Below are positions 17,214-25,118 of a DNA stretch of 25,551 nucleotides, in pieces. The position numbers and the translations under genes were made by a program. The DNA is taken from positions 1 to 25,551 of the IMG/VR virus record IMGVR_UViG_3300027763_000219; one strand, given 5' to 3'. The notes under the pieces were generated by a model that saw nothing but the letters and a program-made list of their open reading frames with translations, searched no databases and was not told the origin of the DNA. Numbering within the stretch: position 1 is the stretch's first letter; each line of letters begins with the position of its first letter. The DNA is from a virus (Duplodnaviria; Caudoviricetes).

Positions 17214-18206
17214 TCAGCCTCCATTTACATAAGGAACTTTTCTAATTTTATCCGGCATCGGTGACTTCTTGCGGAGTTTGGCAGCGCCACCAGCGGCCTT
17301 CTTCATGACTTTGCCGCCGCGCTTCATCGGGGGAGCCATCTGCGGAGCCATCGGGGGAGCCATGCCAAGGCCAGCCATGCGGGTTCCCGGCATCGGGGTC
17401 GCAGGACGACGGGCTTTCTGCAAAGCAGCCATTACGGCCTTAGCTTCGCCAACGGTGCCCATGACTTTCTTCTTGTCGCCCTTGGCCTTGCCGCCTTTTG
17501 CCTTTTTAACGAGCGGCTTAACGGACATTTCTTTTTTCTCTTCGGCAGAAGCCTTTTTAGGCTCTTCACCCTTCAACGACTTCACAGGCTCATCGCGTTC
17601 TTTTTCAAACTTCTTTGCAAACGGGTTAACCGCCCCACCATCAGCATACTTCTTCACCATCCCGCCGCGAGTGTAGCCGTCGAGAATCTTTTTAGCTGAT
17701 TTTTCCGCCCTGTTTGAGCGTTCATAGGTGTCGTCGTCTGCCAACCCCATATCCGACTGTTTTTTGCTGGCGCGGATAGGTTTCTGGGCTGCGACACTTG
17801 TACCTGTGGTTGTCACAGACTTATTTGCCTTATCTCCGTAGGCACTACGGAACGATTTTTCGGCTTTCATAGCCGCGTAGAATGCGTCTTCATCAGTTTT
17901 ATCGTAAGCTGGTTTCTTATCGGTAGCGACGGTTCCACCCTTCGCCAGCTTGGACTTCTGGCCGGGGTGCATAAGTCTGTTGTGACGCGCCAGCATCGCC
18001 TTGTCCTGCTTCATGTCGGCCTTCATTTCGGCTTTCATGTTGAAGGCACCGCCTTTAGCCATAACCTTGCCGCCTTTGGCAAAGGCAACGAGCTTGCTAA
18101 CAGCAGGGGCTGGTTGGCGGTCGTTCTTCATGCCCATCGTCGGCTTCTTATTCAGAGCCATAACGTGCGGCATCATTTTCTGAGCATTGCGGCGCATTGA
18201 GTCCAT
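17214..18206 (-). CDS. Lys/Ala/Met-rich low-complexity protein with repeated xAxGG motifs (possible internal/core protein)
   Basis: 330 aa, coupled to the portal stop (TAATG), AGGAG upstream; nine GG motifs. Confidence 0.75.
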   Translation of the reverse strand: MDSMRRNAQKMMPHVMALNKKPTMGMKNDRQPAPAVSKLVAFAKGGKVMAKGGAFNMKAEMKADMKQDKAMLARHNRLMHPGQKSKLAKGGTVATDKKPAYDKTDEDAFYAAMKAEKSFRSAYGDKANKSVTTTGTSVAAQKPIRASKKQSDMGLADDDTYERSNRAEKSAKKILDGYTRGGMVKKYADGGAVNPFAKKFEKERDEPVKSLKGEEPKKASAEEKKEMSVKPLVKKAKGGKAKGDKKKVMGTVGEAKAVMAALQKARRPATPMPGTRMAGLGMAPPMAPQMAPPMKRGGKVMKKAAGGAAKLRKKSPMPDKIRKVPYVNGG

Positions 18207-20620
18207 TAGAATTTGCTCCTTGTCCCGAAGGTCTTTGGTTGGGAAATTTGTTTCTGCCTGTCTTTCTCGTAATTCAACATGGCAATACGCTCACGGGTCA
18301 GGCGGTCCTCGCGGCTGGATTTGAGCTTGAGCGTTTCCGTAAACGCCTTGCTGCTAGTGTTGGCTTGTATTTCTTGCAACTTGGCCTGGACCTTCGCGGC
18401 CTCGACTTTAAGCTGCTCCATAGCAATCTGACCGGGGGTGGGGTCTTCGCCACCCTGCGGTTTAGCAATCTGCTGCATTGCCTTGGCAACCAAGACAGCA
18501 ATCTGGTTTTCAACTTCAGGCGGCAACTGCTGGCCTTCGGGCGGAAGCGCCTGACCCAGAATCTGCTCAACTTGAATTCGCATCTTGGCGGCTTCATGCT
18601 CGGCAATGTGCGCCGGGACCGTTACCAACTCAGGCTTCTGCTGCATCAAAACCGTATGAGCGGCGATATGGGCATCTTGATCTTGGTATGCGCCAACCTT
18701 GACCGGCTTGCCGTTTAACAAGTTCTGGTTTTCGCTCAACGGGTCCATCGGCTTGGCTTCTTCCTTGGGAGGCAGAAGTGCCGTAATCCGCTTTTCGTCT
18801 ATGCCCATTTCCACGTACATCTGGCGGTAAGCCTGATATTGGTCGTGCAAAGCCGGGGCTTGGGTGGCGAACCGGAGCAAGGCTTCGGCACGCATCATGC
18901 GCTGGGCAGAGGACGTAATGTTGGGATCGCTGACGGGAATTACGTCAATCTGGTCCGAGAAGTCAGCCCTCATGACCATATTGGGACCACCGGCCACCGG
19001 CCAGGGGTATGGCGCTTCCGGCAGGAACTGGCCAAACAGGGCGGCAATTAGTTTAAATTCGCGCCTGTAGGCGCGGTGGGCAGCTTTGAGGGTGGCAGAC
19101 TGCACGCGGTTAGCGGCTTCCATAAGGGCCACTGTGGTGCCTACAGGGGCGTCTTGACGGCCTTCTCCAACCGCTACCTCAGTCATGCCGCCCAGGCGTT
19201 CCCCATTCTCACGGGTAGCCTTCCAAAGCTCCATCGACACAGGTGACGGCCCTTTATAGGGCATCGTCATAATGGCCTGTTGGATCGGCATACCGCCGGT
19301 ATCCAATTCGCGGAACTCGCAGGGTCCGATCATGACGTTGTTATCGTCACCCCGCATACCCTTCACTTTTAGGCCCCCTGGGAACATCTCCAGGGTGGCG
19401 GCGTCTATCATCTGTCTTTGCAGAGAAGTCGCGCCCTTGGCCGTATTACCCAGGATATGGGCATAGCCAATGCCATAGAACCCCAAACCGGGGACAAACT
19501 TAAAGTGTGTAAAATACTGAATCTTGGAGTAAGTCTGGTCTTCTTCTTTCCAGTTCCGGCGGATCGACAGAACCTTCTTGGAGCCAGTCTCGACCGTGAC
19601 GATGTAAGGCAGCGGCAAGCCGGTTTCTGTAGGCTCTTCTTCGTCCTCGTCGCCTTCGGCTTCTTTATGCTCAAAACCGGCCAAATCGAGGTCAATGTGG
19701 CACTCGTAGACCTCGTAAGGTGCTTCGTCTGAATCGGTCGGTTTGGTCAGCCCTTGGGTATAGGTAGATTTGTCATCCAGGGGCGAGTTTTTGTCGTCCA
19801 GATAGTCAGGCTCTTTTAGCTCCACATCGCGGTAGAAACCGCTAATTTGGCGCATCTTCATGTCCTTGGGGGACATATTGATGATGTGCGTGGCCCTGGG
19901 GCATGTTTCTAGGTCGTCGGTGCTAAACGAAACAACGAAGTCCTGTGGTAGAATAAAGGGACTGACCACCCGATTCAGGATCGGGTCTTGGTAGGTCTTC
20001 TTGAAAGTGCAGCCAACCAGGGGGAGCCAGAACAGCATTTGGTCGTTCTGCTCAACCCACTCGGGCGCACCCTCCATCAAGTAGTAGTTCATGAACTCTT
20101 TAACGCGGGAAGCCTGAGCTTCTGTTTCCGGCGTTGGCTGGCCAATGATCTGGGTCTTAACGGGGCCGCTGGCTGGCATCAGTTCGGCGCTGGCGGTCGC
20201 GTGCCAGCGGATTACGGCTTCCAGCAAAATGGGGTCAAACACGCCAGCCGCGCCGCTGAACGGAATAGACCGATCCTCAATCTTTAGGCCGAGATACGTC
20301 AGACCCTGAGACAGCATACTTTCCCAATCAGAACGGGATTGGCGGTCTTCATCGACGTAATCAAGAATATCGTTGGCTAGAGATTGAAGGTCGCTGTCCT
20401 CCATATACTCAGCAAGATTGTCGTCATGCGCGACAGGCCCTTCTTCGTTATCTTCGGGCGCGAAGTCGATAGTCTCACCGCCATCTTCGTCGGGAGTGAT
20501 CGACGCGCCATCGGCAAACGTCAAATCGTCTTCAGGAACAGCCACATCTTCGCCACCAGCGTCACCGCCGGTAATATCATTCAAGCCAAGTATAGAAGCT
20601 GTCGCTCGATCTATGGCCAT
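18206..20620 (-). CDS. Portal protein
   Basis: 804 aa directly after TerL; SRSDWE, PFSGAAGVFDP, GPVKTQIIG, GCTFKK, FVPGLGFYGIG, APVGTTVALME and VIPVSDPN motifs. Confidence 0.9.
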   Translation of the reverse strand: MAIDRATASILGLNDITGGDAGGEDVAVPEDDLTFADGASITPDEDGGETIDFAPEDNEEGPVAHDDNLAEYMEDSDLQSLANDILDYVDEDRQSRSDWESMLSQGLTYLGLKIEDRSIPFSGAAGVFDPILLEAVIRWHATASAELMPASGPVKTQIIGQPTPETEAQASRVKEFMNYYLMEGAPEWVEQNDQMLFWLPLVGCTFKKTYQDPILNRVVSPFILPQDFVVSFSTDDLETCPRATHIINMSPKDMKMRQISGFYRDVELKEPDYLDDKNSPLDDKSTYTQGLTKPTDSDEAPYEVYECHIDLDLAGFEHKEAEGDEDEEEPTETGLPLPYIVTVETGSKKVLSIRRNWKEEDQTYSKIQYFTHFKFVPGLGFYGIGYAHILGNTAKGATSLQRQMIDAATLEMFPGGLKVKGMRGDDNNVMIGPCEFRELDTGGMPIQQAIMTMPYKGPSPVSMELWKATRENGERLGGMTEVAVGEGRQDAPVGTTVALMEAANRVQSATLKAAHRAYRREFKLIAALFGQFLPEAPYPWPVAGGPNMVMRADFSDQIDVIPVSDPNITSSAQRMMRAEALLRFATQAPALHDQYQAYRQMYVEMGIDEKRITALLPPKEEAKPMDPLSENQNLLNGKPVKVGAYQDQDAHIAAHTVLMQQKPELVTVPAHIAEHEAAKMRIQVEQILGQALPPEGQQLPPEVENQIAVLVAKAMQQIAKPQGGEDPTPGQIAMEQLKVEAAKVQAKLQEIQANTSSKAFTETLKLKSSREDRLTRERIAMLNYEKDRQKQISQPKTFGTRSKF

Positions 20621-20655
20621 GCAGACTTGCCTAAAAATACAAGAGGAGGGGTATT

Positions 20656-22200
20656 CTAACCGTAAAGTGCCCCATTTGCACGTTCCGTTACTCGGAACGG
20701 CTCTTCTTCCATAGCATCAAGACTATTCTTAATCCAGCCGCTGGTCTTCATCCGAATGATAGCTTGGCTGGTCGCGTCGGCGTCATCTCGGGAATCTGAA
20801 GCCGGGAACGACATCAGAGAATTTACATACTCTTCGGCCCATCGCCTCGGAAGTGTGTAATTTGGTGGCTGACCGGGAACGTAGAACCGACCGTTTTCAA
20901 AGATGTCTGTAGTTAGCAAAAGACGGGCGTTCTTGTCGCCGTGCTTGTTTGGATTGAACCGTGTCGCCGCAATACCCGCCCGGTTCAGGTCAGCAATCAA
21001 AGGCTCACCCGTTGCCTTGGCTTCAATCAGGATCATGTCCGGCGGCTTGCGTTGGTTACCCATCCTTGGGACTTCCCGGTTGTCGTCCAAATAATGGGTC
21101 GCCAGCCGTTGGGCCATCTTACGCAGGTCTGGGTAATCCACCCGCCCGCGCCAGCGAGACAGCAGGATAATCGACGGCAAATCGGTCTTATCTTCCGTAA
21201 AGATGCCAAACGTCAGGCAAACCGAAAACGCGCTTTTGTTCTTGGACGTAATAGCCGTGTCCCAGCTTTGAAGAATGAACTCACACTTAGGCGGTTCGCG
21301 CTGGTTCCAAATCTTGATCCAGTCGCGCTTGATGACGTTGCCCGACTCAAGGACCGGGCTTTGCTGATACAGGCTTTCCCATTGCCGCGCCGTCATTGAC
21401 GGCTGTGCCCGTCTACGGGCTAGGGCAATCTCGCTTTCCCACTCCGGCCAGAGGGCTTCCCCGGCCTTACGGCCTAGCGGGTCTTTCTCCTTAGCCAAGG
21501 CTGGCAGGATAACCTTGTCCCACTTGTCGCCGCCCTTCTGCTTCTCAGCAGCTATGACCCGACCAATGATGTCGTCCAGGTGCCAGCGCGTTCCGATAAT
21601 CACCATCACGCCGCTGGGCTTCAAACGGGTCGATAAGTCAGAACCCCACCAATCCCACATATTGTCTCGGACAAGCTGAGACTCAGCGTCATCGACGCCT
21701 TTGAGCAAATCGTCGCAGATCACCATATCGGCACGGCGTCCAGTTACGGTGCCGCCAACGCCCGTCGCGTAATACGAGCCGCCTTGCTTTAAGTCCCACC
21801 GGCCAGCGGAGCGGCTGTCGTCAGATACTTCAATCTCTGGGAACAGCATTTTGTACTCATCCGACAACATGATGTTACGGACTTTACGGCCCCACTGTTC
21901 CGCGAACGATTCGGTGTGGCTGACGGTGATGATGTTGTGCGTCGGGTTTCTTGATAAATAGAACGCTGGGTAATACAGCGACGACACCGTGCTTTTCCCG
22001 TGGCCCGGTGGAAAGCACACCAGCAGACGGTCACCCTTTCGGGTCATCTTGTCTTGCAGCTTATTACATAGAAATTCCATGTGACGCGGCGGGGACTTGC
22101 CGTGCATGTACGTCATGAAGTCTGAGAAGTTTTCACGCGCTTGACGGCGGCGTATTACCTCCGCAGCAGCTTGGTCAAGCGTTGGTTCTTGCAGGGTCAA
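20656..22200 (-). CDS. terL: Terminase large subunit
   Basis: Walker A PPGHGKS, TGRRAD, Walker B MVICDD, IGTRWH..D, nuclease QSWDTA and DDADATSQA; TTG start uncertain. Confidence 0.95.
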   Translation of the reverse strand: MTLQEPTLDQAAAEVIRRRQARENFSDFMTYMHGKSPPRHMEFLCNKLQDKMTRKGDRLLVCFPPGHGKSTVSSLYYPAFYLSRNPTHNIITVSHTESFAEQWGRKVRNIMLSDEYKMLFPEIEVSDDSRSAGRWDLKQGGSYYATGVGGTVTGRRADMVICDDLLKGVDDAESQLVRDNMWDWWGSDLSTRLKPSGVMVIIGTRWHLDDIIGRVIAAEKQKGGDKWDKVILPALAKEKDPLGRKAGEALWPEWESEIALARRRAQPSMTARQWESLYQQSPVLESGNVIKRDWIKIWNQREPPKCEFILQSWDTAITSKNKSAFSVCLTFGIFTEDKTDLPSIILLSRWRGRVDYPDLRKMAQRLATHYLDDNREVPRMGNQRKPPDMILIEAKATGEPLIADLNRAGIAATRFNPNKHGDKNARLLLTTDIFENGRFYVPGQPPNYTLPRRWAEEYVNSLMSFPASDSRDDADATSQAIIRMKTSGWIKNSLDAMEEEPFRVTERANGALYG

Positions 22201-22209
22201 TTAATTTAA

Positions 22210-22443
22210 CTATCTATAGCCGGACGTTTTTCTAGCAATCTTTGGAGGCTGCGCTACAAACTGTTTACCTTCAGCTTTGCCTTTTCGCTTGGCCCTTGTC
22301 GTCGCGGCGTACTCTTGCGGAGACAGCGCCTTAATAGCTGCCTTCGGCAAGTAACGCTCACCCGTATCTGACGACCGCTTGCCAGACTTTGTAGTCCACT
22401 CTTGCTTAGTCCAGTTTTTAAGAGAGAGTTGTGGTTTTTTCAT
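22210..22443 (-). CDS. Small basic protein (DUF5872-associated C-terminal half)
   Basis: 77 aa; Q.SLKNWTKQEW.TKSG, GERYLPKAA and K.GKQFVAQP motifs. Confidence 0.7.
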   Translation of the reverse strand: MKKPQLSLKNWTKQEWTTKSGKRSSDTGERYLPKAAIKALSPQEYAATTRAKRKGKAEGKQFVAQPPKIARKTSGYR

Positions 22444-22445
22444 AA

Positions 22446-22628
22446 CTAATCCTTATAGCCTCCGCCTTTGGCTTTATACGACTTTGCAAGAAGCTGGGCC
22501 TTACGCGCACTCCATTTTCCCGCACCCGTGCCCTGAACGGCACGCGATTTGATACTGTTGAATAACTGTTTACGCACTCCAGGCTTAGTGTAGTTACCCG
22601 CAGCGTTTACTTTTGATTTTGTTGCCAT
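22446..22628 (-). CDS. Small basic protein (DUF5872-like N-terminal half)
   Basis: 60 aa; NYTKP..RK.L...IK....G...GKWSARKAQLLAK.YK.KGGGY. Confidence 0.7.
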   Translation of the reverse strand: MATKSKVNAAGNYTKPGVRKQLFNSIKSRAVQGTGAGKWSARKAQLLAKSYKAKGGGYKD

Positions 22629-22639
22629 AATGAATTTTC

Positions 22640-23140
22640 CTAACCGTTGGTTCTTGCAGGGCCACTAATCTGACTCAATCCAGTCGGGGTTATGTCAATC
22701 ATGTTCAGGTCTTCTTGCTTTGACTTCAAAGCAATCAACTTCATCAGTTGATCGTCAGTCATGCGCGTCACATCCATCTTGTGGGTGACTTGAACAGTTT
22801 CCTGCAACACACCCATAAGCTGCGCCTGTAACTTCTTAGCCGCAATGGCTGGCGTGTAGTCTTTATCAATCATGGCTGACTGATGGATCGCATCCAGATC
22901 AGAGATGATGCTTTCTCGCGTAATGTCTACAGACGCTGGCTTCCTAGCCTTGGACTCTTTTGCGACCTTAATGGCTTCTTGAATATCGCAGCGGTCCAGC
23001 AGGTATTCCGCAACCGTGCGGTCGTCGTAACCGTTAATGATGAAGCCAGCCCGTTTACACGCATCCAAGCCGTCGCCTGTCTGTAGGTAGACTTTTACAA
23101 ATATGGCGTCTCGTTCAACATCTGGCGGAATATTCAGCAT
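22640..23140 (-). CDS. terS: Terminase small subunit
   Basis: N-terminal HTH (FVKVYLQTGDGLDACKRAGF..AEYLL..DIQEAI) and oligomerisation helices (ITRESIISDL..AIAAKKLQAQLMG); upstream of TerL; AGGA RBS. Confidence 0.8.
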   Translation of the reverse strand: MLNIPPDVERDAIFVKVYLQTGDGLDACKRAGFIINGYDDRTVAEYLLDRCDIQEAIKVAKESKARKPASVDITRESIISDLDAIHQSAMIDKDYTPAIAAKKLQAQLMGVLQETVQVTHKMDVTRMTDDQLMKLIALKSKQEDLNMIDITPTGLSQISGPARTNG

Positions 23141-23158
23141 CTTGCTTTCCTAAAGGGT

Positions 23159-23231
23159 GCGACCGAGAAGCAGAACGGTGGGGACCAGCACCTTCTCGGT
23201 CGCTTCAGCGTGCAGGGGAATGTACGCTGAA
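23159..23231. promoter_or_regulatory. Two abutting hairpins upstream of terS
   Basis: gcgaccgagaag (23159-70) pairs with cttctcggtcgc (23192-203); ttcagcgtgca (23204-14) pairs with tgtacgctgaa (23221-31). Confidence 0.55.
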
Positions 23232-23474
23232 TTACGTGCTTCCATGACAAATGTAATTATTGTGTCTCCAAGAGACGATCATCGCAATCCGGCGTGCGTG
23301 AGCTTTGCAAACATTCCATTCTGAAACTGTGTCGTGGTCATCTTCGTCTCCAAACAAGAACTCGTAATTTGGATAGAACTCAATGCAGCAGACAACATTC
23401 CCAACCGTGTTGTAGCCAACAAGAAGGCCGTCTGGAATCGCGTCGTTAATATGAATTGTTGGGATTAGAAACAT
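23232..23474 (-). CDS. Hypothetical protein
   Basis: Likely start ATG 23474 (MFLIPTIHIND, 80 aa); fills the gap between the RHH gene and the hairpins. Confidence 0.5.
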   Translation of the reverse strand: MFLIPTIHINDAIPDGLLVGYNTVGNVVCCIEFYPNYEFLFGDEDDHDTVSEWNVCKAHARRIAMIVSWRHNNYICHGST

Positions 23475-23631
23475 TTTTAACTTTTTCTTTCTCAACAGTT
23501 AAAAAACGCCTAATTGCAAGCTCAACTACTTCCTTCTTGTGCATACAAGCATTATCACAAAATTTCTCTAATTCGTCAATTAAGTCCACGGGAACTCTGG
23601 CGTTTAGCTGAGTCAGTCTATCTTGCATCAT
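23446..23631 (-). CDS. Ribbon-helix-helix (CopG/Arc-like) DNA-binding protein
   Basis: Likely start ATG 23631 or 23628, overlapping the neuC end. QLNARVP (beta), VDLIDELEKFC (helix) and KKEVVELAIRRFL (helix). Confidence 0.7.
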   Translation of the reverse strand: MMQDRLTQLNARVPVDLIDELEKFCDNACMHKKEVVELAIRRFLTVEKEKVKNVSNPNNSY

Positions 23632-24577
23632 CAAGCCATTCTTTAATCTTAACTGCAATCTTCTCTGACGCTCCGCCGCGATAAAATGGCTTCCACGGGT
23701 GTTTGTGTTCTAGAGCTTCCTCAATGTGGTTCATTGACGGATAAACAGACTTGGCCATCGGACGGCCCTTTTGCCGGTCGCCAATGTTAATTGTCGGAAC
23801 GCCAACCCAGGGTGCCTCAATAACGCCAGCCGAGGAGTTGCCGACAACTAGGGCAGCGTGCTGCATCTTCTCGACATATTCACGATGGCTCATGCTGGTG
23901 ACAATCTTGGCGCATAAACGCTGTTCGCAATAAGTCTTAATCAGTTCTTTAATCTCGTCCGAACCTGGGTCGTTGTTAACGCCGCAGAAAAGGATGTCGT
24001 ACCCATCCTTGTAGTATTTATCCAAGGCTAGAAGCATACGTTCACATTGGGATATGCCGTAATCGGGCGAACGTGTCTCTGGGTGGTAGGTAACCAGTAT
24101 CTCGTTCTTGTCGCGCTTTGCGCTATTGCCCTCAATGTTATCCAAGCCAGAAGCGCCAGTGACTTTAATGGTGTATGGGTGAATACCCATGTTCACCAGC
24201 TTCATGGCAAATTCATCTGTAGCCACAAGATGAAGCGCCGCCATATGACTGATGCTGTTACGCATGGAGTCATCAAACGCCCCAAGGGTCGTTTCACCCC
24301 CACCAAGATGGGCCACGGGTATACCAGCGAACATAGCCGCCATCGACGCCGCCAGCGTTTCATATCGGTCCCCCAACAGAACTACGAGTTTTGCGTCTTG
24401 AGATTTGAACGCAACGGTAAAGAAGATAACCGCCTGAGCGACGGCAACGGCTGGAGACATGCCATCCGAATTAAAGCGCGTTACAGAGCATCCTGGCATC
24501 GCCTTGATTACGGATTCCAACGGCCCGTCTTCGGCGCGGGAGTTGCTGACAACGGTTACGCCATTAAAGTCAGTCAT
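23618..24577 (-). CDS. neuC: UDP/GDP-N-acetylglucosamine 2-epimerase (hydrolysing), NeuC/LegG family
   Basis: Start reassigned to ATG 24577 (319 aa), overlapping the neuD stop. SRAE, LLGDRYE, AHLGGGETTLGAFDDSMR, VTYHPET, VGNSSAGVIEAP and NIGDRQKGR motifs. Confidence 0.9.
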   Translation of the reverse strand: MTDFNGVTVVSNSRAEDGPLESVIKAMPGCSVTRFNSDGMSPAVAVAQAVIFFTVAFKSQDAKLVVLLGDRYETLAASMAAMFAGIPVAHLGGGETTLGAFDDSMRNSISHMAALHLVATDEFAMKLVNMGIHPYTIKVTGASGLDNIEGNSAKRDKNEILVTYHPETRSPDYGISQCERMLLALDKYYKDGYDILFCGVNNDPGSDEIKELIKTYCEQRLCAKIVTSMSHREYVEKMQHAALVVGNSSAGVIEAPWVGVPTINIGDRQKGRPMAKSVYPSMNHIEEALEHKHPWKPFYRGGASEKIAVKIKEWLDDAR

Positions 24578-25118
24578 ATAACTCGTTCCCAATCCAAGTC
24601 TCTCCATCTTCCATGTTGTCTGTGACAACCGCACAAGCGCCGATAATGCAGCCGTTACCAATCTTCTTACCGGGGAGAATAACGCTGTTGGCACCGACAT
24701 GAGTTTCTTCACCAATAGTCACGCCGCCAAGAACCGTTGCCCCAGGAGCAATGTGGCAATGTGGGCCAATGACGCAGTCATGCTCAACAATCGCGCCGGT
24801 ATTGATAATCGTATTGTGCATGACCCTGGCATTTGGATTGATTACCGCCGTCGGCATGACTTGGCAGGTTGAATCAACTTCACCCAAAACAACCGCAGTT
24901 GGATGGCAAACGCCAACCAATCTGCCGTCATATCTTTCAAATAACTTCCGGCGCGTTGATAACCCGCTATTGCCAATCTCTGGAACATTGCCAATTCCAA
25001 TGCAGATAAACATTTTATCTGGCAAATCATCAGGCATAAAGAAGTCTGCCTGATCTTTTAATATGGCCTTGAGCATCCGGCCATGACCACCGTTACCGAT
25101 GATTGCGATTTCTACCAT
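24570..25118 (-). CDS. neuD: Sugar acetyltransferase, NeuD/PglD/LegH family
   Basis: Start reassigned to ATG 25118 (182 aa). IIGNGGHGR, IGIGN, HPTAV, IINTGAIVEHDC.IG.HCHIAPG hexapeptide repeats. Confidence 0.88.
   Translation of the reverse strand: MVEIAIIGNGGHGRMLKAILKDQADFFMPDDLPDKMFICIGIGNVPEIGNSGLSTRRKLFERYDGRLVGVCHPTAVVLGEVDSTCQVMPTAVINPNARVMHNTIINTGAIVEHDCVIGPHCHIAPGATVLGGVTIGEETHVGANSVILPGKKIGNGCIIGACAVVTDNMEDGETWIGNELYD

Noticed and set aside
24578-24715. 46-aa N-terminal extension of NeuC given by the ORF track (likewise extensions of NeuD to 25181, RHH to 23658 and the capsid-associated gene to 14308)
   Set aside because: Family similarity begins at downstream ATGs that overlap the previous stop or have a clear RBS.
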